Under the pieces are notes generated by a model. That model was not told where the DNA came from, searched no databases, and saw only the letters and a program-made list of their open reading frames with translations. Shown here piece after piece: positions 8,679 to 17,678 of a stretch of DNA of 31,469 bases. The DNA comes from a virus (Duplodnaviria > Caudoviricetes), in IMG/VR virus record IMGVR_UViG_3300017761_002715, positions 1-31,469 of that record. One strand, given 5' to 3'. How positions within the stretch are numbered: position 1 is the stretch's first letter; the number at the start of each line of letters is the position of its first letter. A program made the position numbers and the translations under genes.

Positions 8679-8981
8679 TTAAAATGAACGCACACTCTTT
8701 TCAGCTGAAGCGATGATTTGTTGTTTGAGTCTTTTTAATCTTTGATCTTCTGGAGACTCAGCCTCCCCGGGTTTTGGCTTCCTTGATGGAGCAGCTAATA
8801 CTGCTGTCACAGGCCCTTCTTGTTCTTCTTCAGCAATAGAAACCGTTAGTGTTGAACCCTCAACTGAACATATATACCCAAGAGATGTACAGAAATCACA
8901 TAATGAATTGAGAAATTGTACATTGTCATTATCTTGGAGTTGTGGGTCGTGATTTTCTAGTATTTTGGTAAATTTAGACAT
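8679..8981 (-). CDS. Hypothetical protein
   Basis: Start moved to ATG 8981 (MSKFTKILEN), which removes the overlap with the divergent gene and lies downstream of a late-promoter motif. Confidence 0.7.
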   Translation of the reverse strand: MSKFTKILENHDPQLQDNDNVQFLNSLCDFCTSLGYICSVEGSTLTVSIAEEEQEGPVTAVLAAPSRKPKPGEAESPEDQRLKRLKQQIIASAEKSVRSF

Positions 8982-9008
8982 GGATTTATAATATTTAGTC
9001 TTTAAAAT
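8981..9008 (+). promoter_or_regulatory. Sigma70-type promoter TGGATT-N16-TAAAAT
   Basis: -10 element ends 6 nt before ATG 9015; the same layout recurs at five other operon heads. Confidence 0.5.
8992..8999 (-). promoter_or_regulatory. T4-type late promoter motif ACTAAATA heading the minus-strand block
   Basis: 10 nt upstream of ATG 8981. Confidence 0.55.
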
Positions 9009-9014
9009 AAAATA

Positions 9015-9824
9015 ATGAGAGAAAAGATTGGGATGGGTATTGTTACCTACAATAGACCGCATTTACTTGAAAAGTTATATGAGACCATTGGAGATAGTGT
9101 TGGTGGTATAGTCATTGTAAATGATGGAACTCCAATTAGTAATAAGCTGCTTTGTGATGAATGGATTGATAACCCAACGAATATTGGGGTTGGGCGATCG
9201 AAAAATAAATGTCTAAGATATCTCTTATCACAGGGATATGATTATATTTTCATTGCTGAGGATGATGTATACATAAAAGACCCCGAGGTGTTTGAAAAGT
9301 ATATTGAAGCAAGTAAGAAGACCGGCATTCAGCATTTTAATTTCTCTCAACATGGGGTGATGAATAAAGAAGGATTTACAAATAGTGGATCCCCAAATCC
9401 CCGGAAGGTAATCGATTATGGAGATATTCGAGTTCCTCTCTTCCCCCATTGTGTTGGAGCTTTTTCATTCTATACCAGGAAGTGTTTGGAGCAGGTTGGT
9501 CTCATTGACGAAGCATTTTTTAACGCAGCTGAGCATGTTGATCACACATACAAAATTATAAAAGAAGGCATGCACCCACCATTTTGGTTCTTTGCGGATA
9601 TTGAAAACTCAAATGAATATATTGGAGATGAACCCTGGACCATCCAATCTTCAACAATATCTTCGCGAGTAGACCATAAAAAACTTATGGAAGATGCTGA
9701 TAAAATTTTCGTCAACAATCATGGTACAGTTCCGTGTGGTATTCCAGATACTCCAGAAGCAGAACTACAAAAACAATTAATTGCAATTCGAAAGAAATAT
9801 GGACCTAACGCTTCTAACTTGTAA
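9015..9824 (+). CDS. GT2-family glycosyltransferase
   Basis: GIVTYNRP, VIVNDGT, NIGVGRSKN, FIAEDD, VGLIDEAF...EHVDH. Confidence 0.85.
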   Translation: MREKIGMGIVTYNRPHLLEKLYETIGDSVGGIVIVNDGTPISNKLLCDEWIDNPTNIGVGRSKNKCLRYLLSQGYDYIFIAEDDVYIKDPEVFEKYIEASKKTGIQHFNFSQHGVMNKEGFTNSGSPNPRKVIDYGDIRVPLFPHCVGAFSFYTRKCLEQVGLIDEAFFNAAEHVDHTYKIIKEGMHPPFWFFADIENSNEYIGDEPWTIQSSTISSRVDHKKLMEDADKIFVNNHGTVPCGIPDTPEAELQKQLIAIRKKYGPNASNL

Positions 9825-10503
9825 TTATTCTACCTCGATCATAACGAGTAATATGATCAGGTCATTTGAAAAACTTCATCCAAACATCCCTGTTGTAGTT
9901 ATCAATACTTCTCCAGAAGGGGAGAAGTTTGGAGATGGTAGTGAAAATGTAGTGGTGCATGACCTTCCAGATTCGACGCATGGGGAGGGAGTAAATTACG
10001 GAATAGGAATGATTGAAACGGAATATGCACTTCTTGTTGATTCAGATGTTATATTCAAGCAAAGTATTGAAGCAATTTTTGAAAAGGTATCAAAAGCAAA
10101 AGCAACTCTTGCTGGTAATATTTCTGGAAATAGAGGTGGAAAGATATTATATCCACGAGTTGATCCCTGGTTTTGTTTCATCAATGTGAAGCATCTTGAA
10201 GAACATAATATAAAGTTCTTCGACCCAATCCGAACAGCTAATAGCAGAAAGACATCGAAGGTGTATGATATTGGATCAACCTTATTTGAAGATGTAACAA
10301 AAACAGATAGTCTTTTAGTCGCAGAATTTAATACAGAAAAATATATGAAGCATTATGAGGGGATGTCTTGGCGTACAAAAAAATATGACCCCTCAAAAGG
10401 TGATACAGATATTGATTTCGGAGGAACCCACGATAATATAAATCTCTTCAATTATGGAAAAATGGTTGAAGAGCAATATTGGAAGGATGTTAAAAGTTTA
10501 TGA
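9799..10503 (+). CDS. GT2-like (GT-A fold) glycosyltransferase
   Basis: VVVINTS, HGEGVNYG, YALLVDSDV (DxD). ATG 9799 preferred over TTG 9781. Confidence 0.75.
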   Translation: MDLTLLTCNYSTSIITSNMIRSFEKLHPNIPVVVINTSPEGEKFGDGSENVVVHDLPDSTHGEGVNYGIGMIETEYALLVDSDVIFKQSIEAIFEKVSKAKATLAGNISGNRGGKILYPRVDPWFCFINVKHLEEHNIKFFDPIRTANSRKTSKVYDIGSTLFEDVTKTDSLLVAEFNTEKYMKHYEGMSWRTKKYDPSKGDTDIDFGGTHDNINLFNYGKMVEEQYWKDVKSL

Positions 10504-11006
10504 GTTTAGAGACATGCACATTTAATGATATACACTACCCATGGTTCCAAGCTCAGGGTAATGCCTCACAGTTTGCTATACCATTTGCCAAACACCTATG
10601 TCGTGGGAAAGGATATGATATAGGGTGTAATAGGTTGGAGTGGGCATATCCTGGTTCCATACCTATTGATTTGGCTTTTGATGATGAGTGGGATGCATAT
10701 AATCTCCCAAAAGGGCAGGTAGATTATATATTTTCTAGCCATTGTTTAGAACACCTACCAAATTGGGTTACTGCTTTAGATTATTGGCTATTAAAGATAA
10801 AATCAGGGGGTGTATTATTTCTTTACCTCCCACACTATTCCCAAGAATACTGGAGGCCCTGGAATAACAGAAAGCATATACATTCATTGTATCCAGAAGC
10901 TATTAGAGAGTATCTACTCTCTACAAATTTAGTTAATAGTGAAAAATTATTTGTTATGGGTCCGGATTTAAACAACTCGTTCTACGTAGCAGCTGAAAAA
11001 TTATGA
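10500..11006 (+). CDS. Class I SAM-dependent methyltransferase (type 11-like)
   Basis: GYDIGC, DYIFSSHCLEH, IKSGGVLFLYLP. Confidence 0.85.
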   Translation: MSLETCTFNDIHYPWFQAQGNASQFAIPFAKHLCRGKGYDIGCNRLEWAYPGSIPIDLAFDDEWDAYNLPKGQVDYIFSSHCLEHLPNWVTALDYWLLKIKSGGVLFLYLPHYSQEYWRPWNNRKHIHSLYPEAIREYLLSTNLVNSEKLFVMGPDLNNSFYVAAEKL

Positions 11007-11782
11007 AAGCTGATCTTACTAAAACAACATTCATAGTACACTACAGAAAAGATCATCAAGACAGAGAAGATAATTTACGGCGTGTTCTTGATTACCTCAA
11101 TACCTATGTTGACTTCGCGGAATTAATACTGATTAATGATGATAAGTCACCAGAGACAAACCTAAAGCAAATTATTAAAGACAAAGGTAATATTCAATGT
11201 TACTACTTAGAAAATAATGATGTAACTCTGAAAGCAAGATGTCTAAATATTGCTGCACAACAATCACAAAGTGGGGTATTATGCTTTTATGATTGTGATG
11301 TTATTATTAGACCAGATATACTCGAACAGTGTCAAAATAGGATTATAAGTGGGGAGTACCACCATCTATATCCATTTAGTGGGTTGTTTGTTGATGTACA
11401 TAAAAAATATCTACAAAATCCAATTACAATTGAACTAATTAAGCAATTTGAAAGAGACTTATTACAGATCCCTAAAAATGATAGAATACCCGGAGCGTCG
11501 AACAATCAGTTAGATATATGCCACCATCAATCCCCCGGGGGGTGTAATATGATTCTAAAATCTGCATTTGATAAAGTAAAATATGATGACAGATTTAAGG
11601 GGTGGGGATTTGAAGATACAGACTACTTTAATAGGTGCAAAAGAGCTTTTGGAAATAAATCATCCCACACAGAAGATGAAACAGCAATATGTTGGCACAT
11701 GAATCATGATAATGCTATAAGAAATGATAACCCATACTTTAATTATAATATGCAAATCTACAACCAGAACTGTTTAACATGA
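11003..11782 (+). CDS. GT2/GT7 galactosyltransferase-like glycosyltransferase
   Basis: KARCLNIA, FYDCDV (DxD), YDDRFKGWGFEDTD (GT7 C-terminal motif). Confidence 0.85.
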   Translation: MKADLTKTTFIVHYRKDHQDREDNLRRVLDYLNTYVDFAELILINDDKSPETNLKQIIKDKGNIQCYYLENNDVTLKARCLNIAAQQSQSGVLCFYDCDVIIRPDILEQCQNRIISGEYHHLYPFSGLFVDVHKKYLQNPITIELIKQFERDLLQIPKNDRIPGASNNQLDICHHQSPGGCNMILKSAFDKVKYDDRFKGWGFEDTDYFNRCKRAFGNKSSHTEDETAICWHMNHDNAIRNDNPYFNYNMQIYNQNCLT

Positions 11783-12591
11783 TTATACCAAATTTAGCTG
11801 GGGGACTTGGAAATCAAATGTTCCAAATTGCAACTGCTTATGCATTGAGCAGAAAGATGGGTGTAGATTTTGCAATTAACTACGAACTCCCACATACATG
11901 TATCCAGGGTTATACCCCAAAAAAGTATAAAGATACACTCTTTAGAAATATACCCACAACTACATATGTACCAAAAGGTAATTATTCAGAGCCATTTTTT
12001 CACTTTAAAGATATTGAGTGTGGGGATGATACATTGCTATCAGGGTATTTTCAATCTGAAAAATACTTTTTAGAATATGGTGATGATGTAAAGCAGTTAT
12101 TTTATTTCGACGAAAGTGATAAAGAAAAGTGGAATAAAATAGTAGAGAAAATCCCTATCAATTCAATTATTGGGTGCCATGTCCGCCGTGGTGATTACAC
12201 TCATTATGAGCACATACACCCATGCATGAGTAAAATGTACTATGATTTAGCTATTCAATATTTTGAGAGAAATAATACTATTATAACTGGAGATATACCA
12301 ACAGATAATGTTGTTATTTGTAGTGACGATTGGTATACATTAAACAGTGAAAATATATTTACAGATTACCCATACAGAAAACACTACTCAACACAAGGTA
12401 GTACTGAATTGCAAGACTTATATACTATGGCTCAATGTCCTAAGTTAGTTATGAGCAACAGTTCTTTTTCATGGTGGGCAGCATTTTTGGGAAGAAGCCA
12501 CAATAGTGTTGTTGCTCCAAAATTGTGGTTTGGTAAACAAGGACCTCAAGACTATCAAGACATTTACAACCCGTTCTGGTTCACAATATGA
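11779..12591 (+). CDS. GT11 alpha-1,2-fucosyltransferase-like
   Basis: GGLGNQMFQ, GYFQSEKYF, HVRRGDY, SNSSFSWWAAFL. Confidence 0.92.
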   Translation: MIIPNLAGGLGNQMFQIATAYALSRKMGVDFAINYELPHTCIQGYTPKKYKDTLFRNIPTTTYVPKGNYSEPFFHFKDIECGDDTLLSGYFQSEKYFLEYGDDVKQLFYFDESDKEKWNKIVEKIPINSIIGCHVRRGDYTHYEHIHPCMSKMYYDLAIQYFERNNTIITGDIPTDNVVICSDDWYTLNSENIFTDYPYRKHYSTQGSTELQDLYTMAQCPKLVMSNSSFSWWAAFLGRSHNSVVAPKLWFGKQGPQDYQDIYNPFWFTI

Positions 12592-12592
12592 T

Positions 12593-13429
12593 ATGAAACA
12601 TTTTAATTTATTAGATTCTAATTTTTGTCATCATTCAAATAATTCAGTAGCACTTAATCAGACTAATGATTTATTTGACTGGTACCGAGGTGATAATGTT
12701 GTAAGTAATACATGCTTCTTTACTGATAATCATCTCCACGAAGTTGATCGAGTAAAAAATGTAAAAAGAAAAGTTGCATGGCTCATCGAACCCCGTGCTA
12801 TTAACCCCGGAATGTATGAATGGATCCAAAACAACCATGATAAATTTGATTACGTTTTGACTTTTGATAGAGAACTCTTAAGAAAAGATCTTGGGAGCAA
12901 ATATCTCTTTTATCCATATGGGACAACTTGGATAAAAGATTTTGAGAATCTCGATATTAAAAAGACAAAGCTTGTATCCCTTATTGGGTCTAATAAGAGT
13001 ATGACACCAGGCCATGCATTCCGAAAACAGGTTATAGAGCATTGCTTGAATCGTGGTGATGTTGATGTATTTGGACGTGGTTATAATGAAATCCCAACTA
13101 AAGAAGAAGGCTTACTTGATTATAGATTCTCAATTGTCTTAGAAAATAGTAGAGATGATTGGTACTTTTCCGAGAAACTTATTGATTGTATTGTAACAAA
13201 AACAATCCCAATATATTGGGGAAGCCAAGTACAAGATTTTCTCGACACTGATAGTATATTAACTTTTGAGAGCATTAAAGGATTGGATAATATATTAGAC
13301 GCAATAAACTTTGATATGGCATCTCTCCTCAATCGATCTTTAGAAACTAATTTGAAAAAAGTTAAGGAACAAAATTATCACATCCCCGAAAAATGGATAT
13401 TTAATAAGTACCCATTCCTCTTTACATAG
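12593..13429 (+). CDS. GT10 alpha-1,3/4-fucosyltransferase-like
   Basis: YRFSIVLENS..DWYFSEKLIDC...TIPIYWG. ATG 12593 lies 1 nt after the upstream stop. Confidence 0.8.
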   Translation: MKHFNLLDSNFCHHSNNSVALNQTNDLFDWYRGDNVVSNTCFFTDNHLHEVDRVKNVKRKVAWLIEPRAINPGMYEWIQNNHDKFDYVLTFDRELLRKDLGSKYLFYPYGTTWIKDFENLDIKKTKLVSLIGSNKSMTPGHAFRKQVIEHCLNRGDVDVFGRGYNEIPTKEEGLLDYRFSIVLENSRDDWYFSEKLIDCIVTKTIPIYWGSQVQDFLDTDSILTFESIKGLDNILDAINFDMASLLNRSLETNLKKVKEQNYHIPEKWIFNKYPFLFT

Positions 13430-13457
13430 TGGATTATACATGAGCATAGAATAAAAT
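13430..13457 (+). promoter_or_regulatory. Sigma70-type promoter TGGATT-N16-TAAAAT
   Basis: Fills the short intergenic gap; -10 ends 10 nt before the gmd ATG. Confidence 0.45.
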
Positions 13458-13467
13458 AATATCAAGC

Positions 13468-14442
13468 ATGAAGAAACGAGCACTCATTACAGGTATTACA
13501 GGGCAAGATGGTTCATACCTAGCAGAGATGTTATTAGAAAAAGGTTATGATGTTTGGGGAATGATCCGGCGGCACTCAACGAATTTTAGTACAACAGAGC
13601 GGATTGAGGGAATTATTAATAAGGTTAATTTAGAATATGGAGATCTTACTGATCTATCGTCAATTCAGAATATTCTAATGAGGTGTGAACCTCATGAAGT
13701 CTATAATCTAGCAGCGCAATCACACGTAAAGGTGAGCTATGAAAATCCAATTGTTACAGCAAATATTACAGCAGTTGGGGTATTGAATTTACTTGAAGCA
13801 ATCAGACATTACACACCCCATGCGCGAATGTATCAAGCTGGTACATCGGAGATGTTTGGTAATTCAATCGACCCTGATGGGTTCCAAAGAGAGACAACAC
13901 CATTTAAACCAGCTAATCCATATGCAGTTGCAAAAGTATTTGCCCACAACATGTGTGTGAATTATCGCAATGCTTATAATATGTTTATATCAAATGGAAT
14001 TCTATTCAACCATGAATCACCTCGCCGAGGACGAGATTTTATTACAAGTAAGGTTGTTCGAGAAGCTGTAAAGATATCAAGAGGACAAGCTGATGAATTA
14101 TTGCTTGGTACACTCTCAACTTCACGTGATTGGGGACATGCGAAAGACTATGTAAAAGCAATGTGGATGATTTTACAAGATGATCACCCAGATGACTATA
14201 TTTGTGCAACCGGAAAAACACATTCAATCGCTGAACTGTGTCAGTATGTGTTTTCATCCCTTGGTTTAGATTGGGAAAAGTTTGTTAAAATTGATCCTAA
14301 ATTTTCTCGACCAGAAGAGACAAGACATCTAAAAGGTGATCCTCAAAAATTACAAGACAAGCTACAGTGGAAGCCTGAATATACATTTGAGACAATGTTA
14401 GATGATATGATTAATTACTACCAAGAAGGAAATTTACCATGA
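13468..14442 (+). CDS. gmd: GDP-mannose 4,6-dehydratase
   Basis: ALITGITGQDGSYLAE, YNLAAQSHV, PYAVAK, GILFNHESPRRG, RDWGHAKDYV. Confidence 0.96.
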   Translation: MKKRALITGITGQDGSYLAEMLLEKGYDVWGMIRRHSTNFSTTERIEGIINKVNLEYGDLTDLSSIQNILMRCEPHEVYNLAAQSHVKVSYENPIVTANITAVGVLNLLEAIRHYTPHARMYQAGTSEMFGNSIDPDGFQRETTPFKPANPYAVAKVFAHNMCVNYRNAYNMFISNGILFNHESPRRGRDFITSKVVREAVKISRGQADELLLGTLSTSRDWGHAKDYVKAMWMILQDDHPDDYICATGKTHSIAELCQYVFSSLGLDWEKFVKIDPKFSRPEETRHLKGDPQKLQDKLQWKPEYTFETMLDDMINYYQEGNLP

Positions 14443-14798
14443 TTAAATTAGATGTTGATGAAGCGTATGCTTTTGATTACTTTTCCATCTTTCAATTAAA
14501 GGGTGAATATGGCTATGTAACACAAGAAGTGATAAAAGGCATTGAAGCCAATATTATTAATCAGATTGGTAAAGTAAAATTCTTACTTATTATTAGTTCA
14601 GATGAATATAAAGACCTTTACAATGCAAATAAACTGACTTTTGAAGCTGTTGATAAAGCAAAAGAAGACGAAGTCCTTGCAAGTTATGTTGATTCATGTA
14701 ATTTTACAAGGATGATTGCAAAAAAAGCCCTTCAATCAGAGTTTTTTGAAACTGAACTAACAGAGACAAAAATTGGATATGATCGCCTAAAATCATGA
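14439..14798 (+). CDS. Hypothetical helical protein
   Basis: 119 aa, ATGA overlaps at both ends. Confidence 0.75.
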   Translation: MIKLDVDEAYAFDYFSIFQLKGEYGYVTQEVIKGIEANIINQIGKVKFLLIISSDEYKDLYNANKLTFEAVDKAKEDEVLASYVDSCNFTRMIAKKALQSEFFETELTETKIGYDRLKS

Positions 14799-15529
14799 GT
14801 CAAAAAAATTGTTTAATCTACCAACCTGCTGGAATTGGTGATATATTGTTTTGCCAGGGTATTGTGAAACATTATGTAAATAAGGGATACAATGTTATAT
14901 ACCCCACCAATTCAAACCTCTTCTATCTCAAAGACTATCTGAAACATCCCGGTGTTACATACTATGATAAAGAAGATGATTTTCCCTTTAAAGATAGATA
15001 CAACAATAATAACAGAAGTATTCTCGATGGTGATTTTGTATTTGTAAATCTAGACAAGTCACAAGAACATGTCCCACCATCCCGGGGATTTATGATATCA
15101 AAATACGAGATGGTTGGTCTTGATCATAATATATGGAAACAAAATCTGCATATTACTCGAAACAAAGAAAGAGAAGACTGGTTATTCTATAAACACCTAA
15201 AATTAAAAGATGGAGAAAAATATATCCTAACAAACAACAAATTTGGGACCCCTCCAGATACAAAAATTTTTCCACTTCCTCAGATTGACACATCTTATAA
15301 ATTAGTAGATATGCCTTACATCGATGGGACAACTATAATGGATTGGATTAAGGTTATTGAAAAGGCAAGAGGTATAGTTACGGTTGATACTTGTATACAA
15401 TATATCATGGAAATTTTGGACATTGATTATAAATTCTATTATTGTTACAGCAGAACAGGTGAATCTTCTTTTTTAAAGAATATTAAAGACATTTTTACAA
15501 TTCCATGGAACTACCAAACATTAAATTAA
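14795..15529 (+). CDS. Putative GT-B glycosyltransferase (GT9-like N-terminus)
   Basis: IYQPAGIGDILF; paralogue of 16138-16893. Confidence 0.55.
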   Translation: MSQKNCLIYQPAGIGDILFCQGIVKHYVNKGYNVIYPTNSNLFYLKDYLKHPGVTYYDKEDDFPFKDRYNNNNRSILDGDFVFVNLDKSQEHVPPSRGFMISKYEMVGLDHNIWKQNLHITRNKEREDWLFYKHLKLKDGEKYILTNNKFGTPPDTKIFPLPQIDTSYKLVDMPYIDGTTIMDWIKVIEKARGIVTVDTCIQYIMEILDIDYKFYYCYSRTGESSFLKNIKDIFTIPWNYQTLN

Positions 15530-15530
15530 T

Positions 15531-16145
15531 ATGGGTACAATAAGAAGATTTGATTTACAAAATATCATTGACAAACATAAGTGTAATGTCTTTGTTGAGA
15601 CCGGAACACTTTATGGGGATGGTGTTGATTATGCTCTACAATTTGATTTTGAAAAGATCATATCAGTTGAAATTAACAATGAATTGGCAAAAAAAGCTCA
15701 AGACAAATATAAAGACAATCCAAAAGTAGAGATTGTGTGTAGTGATTCCGCTTCATATCTTCGTAAGGTGCATTACCCAGAGAGTAATATATTGTTTTGG
15801 TTAGACGCTCATTTCCCCGGAGCGGATGCTAACTTAGCAAAATATAAAGATGAATTAGACCGTAGTAAAAATACCCCGCTTGAATGTGAGTTGGGTACAA
15901 TTGCTAAGCGTAAAAATAATGATGTCATTATTTGTGATGATTTATGGCTCTATGAAGATTGGCAAACCGAAACAGGAACATTTAATGAACATTGTAAGCG
16001 CCATGGTCATGATATCACACGAGCTGATCTATGTACTGATGGGGTGTTAGAAAAATTTGAAGAGTTATTTTCTGAAACACATGAAATGAAAAAGATGTAT
16101 CAAGATCAAGGATATATAGTGTTTACCCCGAAAAATAATGGATAA
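15531..16145 (+). CDS. Class I SAM-dependent methyltransferase
   Basis: FVETGTLYGDG, IISVEI, LFWLDAH, IICDD. Confidence 0.75.
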   Translation: MGTIRRFDLQNIIDKHKCNVFVETGTLYGDGVDYALQFDFEKIISVEINNELAKKAQDKYKDNPKVEIVCSDSASYLRKVHYPESNILFWLDAHFPGADANLAKYKDELDRSKNTPLECELGTIAKRKNNDVIICDDLWLYEDWQTETGTFNEHCKRHGHDITRADLCTDGVLEKFEELFSETHEMKKMYQDQGYIVFTPKNNG

Positions 16146-16893
16146 AATTTGTCTAATATACCAACCATGTGGGTTGGGGGATATATTTTTTATGCAGAAG
16201 ATCTGCAAACTATATATCAAAAAAGGATTCAAAATCATCTTCCCGGTCATTTCTGATTATGAATGGTTGGGGGATTATATTGATGATGTTGAATTTGTAT
16301 CGTGGGGAGATAAAAACCACAAGTTGACCCACAGAGATAAGTTACCAGAAAATATAATCTTTCCCCACAAAGAAAGATATGACCCATATTCAGATCATAT
16401 CTTTACCGATGAATTTGTTTTTATTAATGGGTTTAAGCAGCCTCAGGGTAATGTAATGGACTTTAAGTATAATAACATTGGGATACCTTTTGATGATTGG
16501 TCTGATTATCTTACATTTAATAGGAATAAAGAAAAGGAAGACAAACTATTTTACGAAACATTAGGTTTAAAAGATAATGAAGAGTATGTATTTGTTAATA
16601 GAAATTACCAAATGCGCCCGGAAGTATTATCATTTAATTCTATACCTAATGATCCTTCTTATTACGGTAAGAAGGTGGTTGAGATGAAAATCTATGATGG
16701 TGTTAGTATTTTTGATTGGTGTAAGGTTTTAGAAAACGCTTCTGAAATACATATGATTGAGACATCACTAAATTATGTTTTGGAAACCAATGAAATGAAA
16801 GATAAAATAACCAAAAACTTGAACTTGTTTCATAGGAACGGTTCTTTTCATGAGGTAAAGCACTTGTTCAAATTAGACTGGAATTATAAATGA
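16138..16893 (+). CDS. Putative GT-B glycosyltransferase (GT9-like N-terminus)
   Basis: IYQPCGLGDIFF, RNKEKED.LF, IFDWCKVLENA; paralogue of 14795-15529. Confidence 0.55.
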   Translation: MDKICLIYQPCGLGDIFFMQKICKLYIKKGFKIIFPVISDYEWLGDYIDDVEFVSWGDKNHKLTHRDKLPENIIFPHKERYDPYSDHIFTDEFVFINGFKQPQGNVMDFKYNNIGIPFDDWSDYLTFNRNKEKEDKLFYETLGLKDNEEYVFVNRNYQMRPEVLSFNSIPNDPSYYGKKVVEMKIYDGVSIFDWCKVLENASEIHMIETSLNYVLETNEMKDKITKNLNLFHRNGSFHEVKHLFKLDWNYK

Positions 16894-16894
16894 T

Positions 16895-17677
16895 ATGATA
16901 GTAATTAAAAACCACCACCCATGTGAAGACCCTATAAATTATTTAGGTTTTGAAGAACTTGCTCATCTAGGTAAAGATTGTATTTTCTTTTATGGTGGTC
17001 ATGCGAATGAAGAAGTTTTTAAGCCTTCACACCTTCCTAAATATTTTTTCTCTACTGAGGAACAAACTTGGAGTGCTGATACAACAAACCACTGTATAGA
17101 TCAGGTTGAAAAGATATTTACAATTTGTCCTCCAAGTATTACAGGAAGAGAAAAGAGAGAGTATTGCTTTTTCCCCTTTAATGAGAAATTTATACCGAAA
17201 ACTTTTGAAAAGAGTTTTGATGTAATTTATTGTGGCTTAGCCACTGGATACCATGTGTCTGAAATTTTAGATATAATTCCAAAATTTAATTATAGGTTCG
17301 TTAGTTTTAGAAATGATGATAAAACAACAAATGCATCACCATCATATGCTGAAAAAATAGAACTGATTAGTCAATCAAAAATTGCTGTTGTGCATAGCTT
17401 AACAGGTAATAATACAACACAAATTAAAACAAGACCATTTGATGCGGCTTTTTGTAAAAGTCTAATTCTATGTAAAAGAGACGCATGGAATATAATTGAA
17501 GAGTGGTTTGAACCTAACAAAGAATTTTTGTATTATAATGATTCAAATGAATTAGAAGAACTTATTATTAAAGTGTTAGAAAACTATGATGATTATTTAC
17601 CTATGATCGAAGCAGCACATAATAAAGCATTGAATAATTATACCACGAGACATTTTATAAAAAAATACCTAAGCTAA
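16895..17677 (+). CDS. CgeB/Glyco_trans_1_2-like glycosyltransferase
   Basis: SKIAV, KTRPFDAAFC, IEEWFEPNKEFLYY...EL, HNKALNNYT. Confidence 0.7.
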   Translation: MIVIKNHHPCEDPINYLGFEELAHLGKDCIFFYGGHANEEVFKPSHLPKYFFSTEEQTWSADTTNHCIDQVEKIFTICPPSITGREKREYCFFPFNEKFIPKTFEKSFDVIYCGLATGYHVSEILDIIPKFNYRFVSFRNDDKTTNASPSYAEKIELISQSKIAVVHSLTGNNTTQIKTRPFDAAFCKSLILCKRDAWNIIEEWFEPNKEFLYYNDSNELEELIIKVLENYDDYLPMIEAAHNKALNNYTTRHFIKKYLS

Positions 17678-17678
17678 T

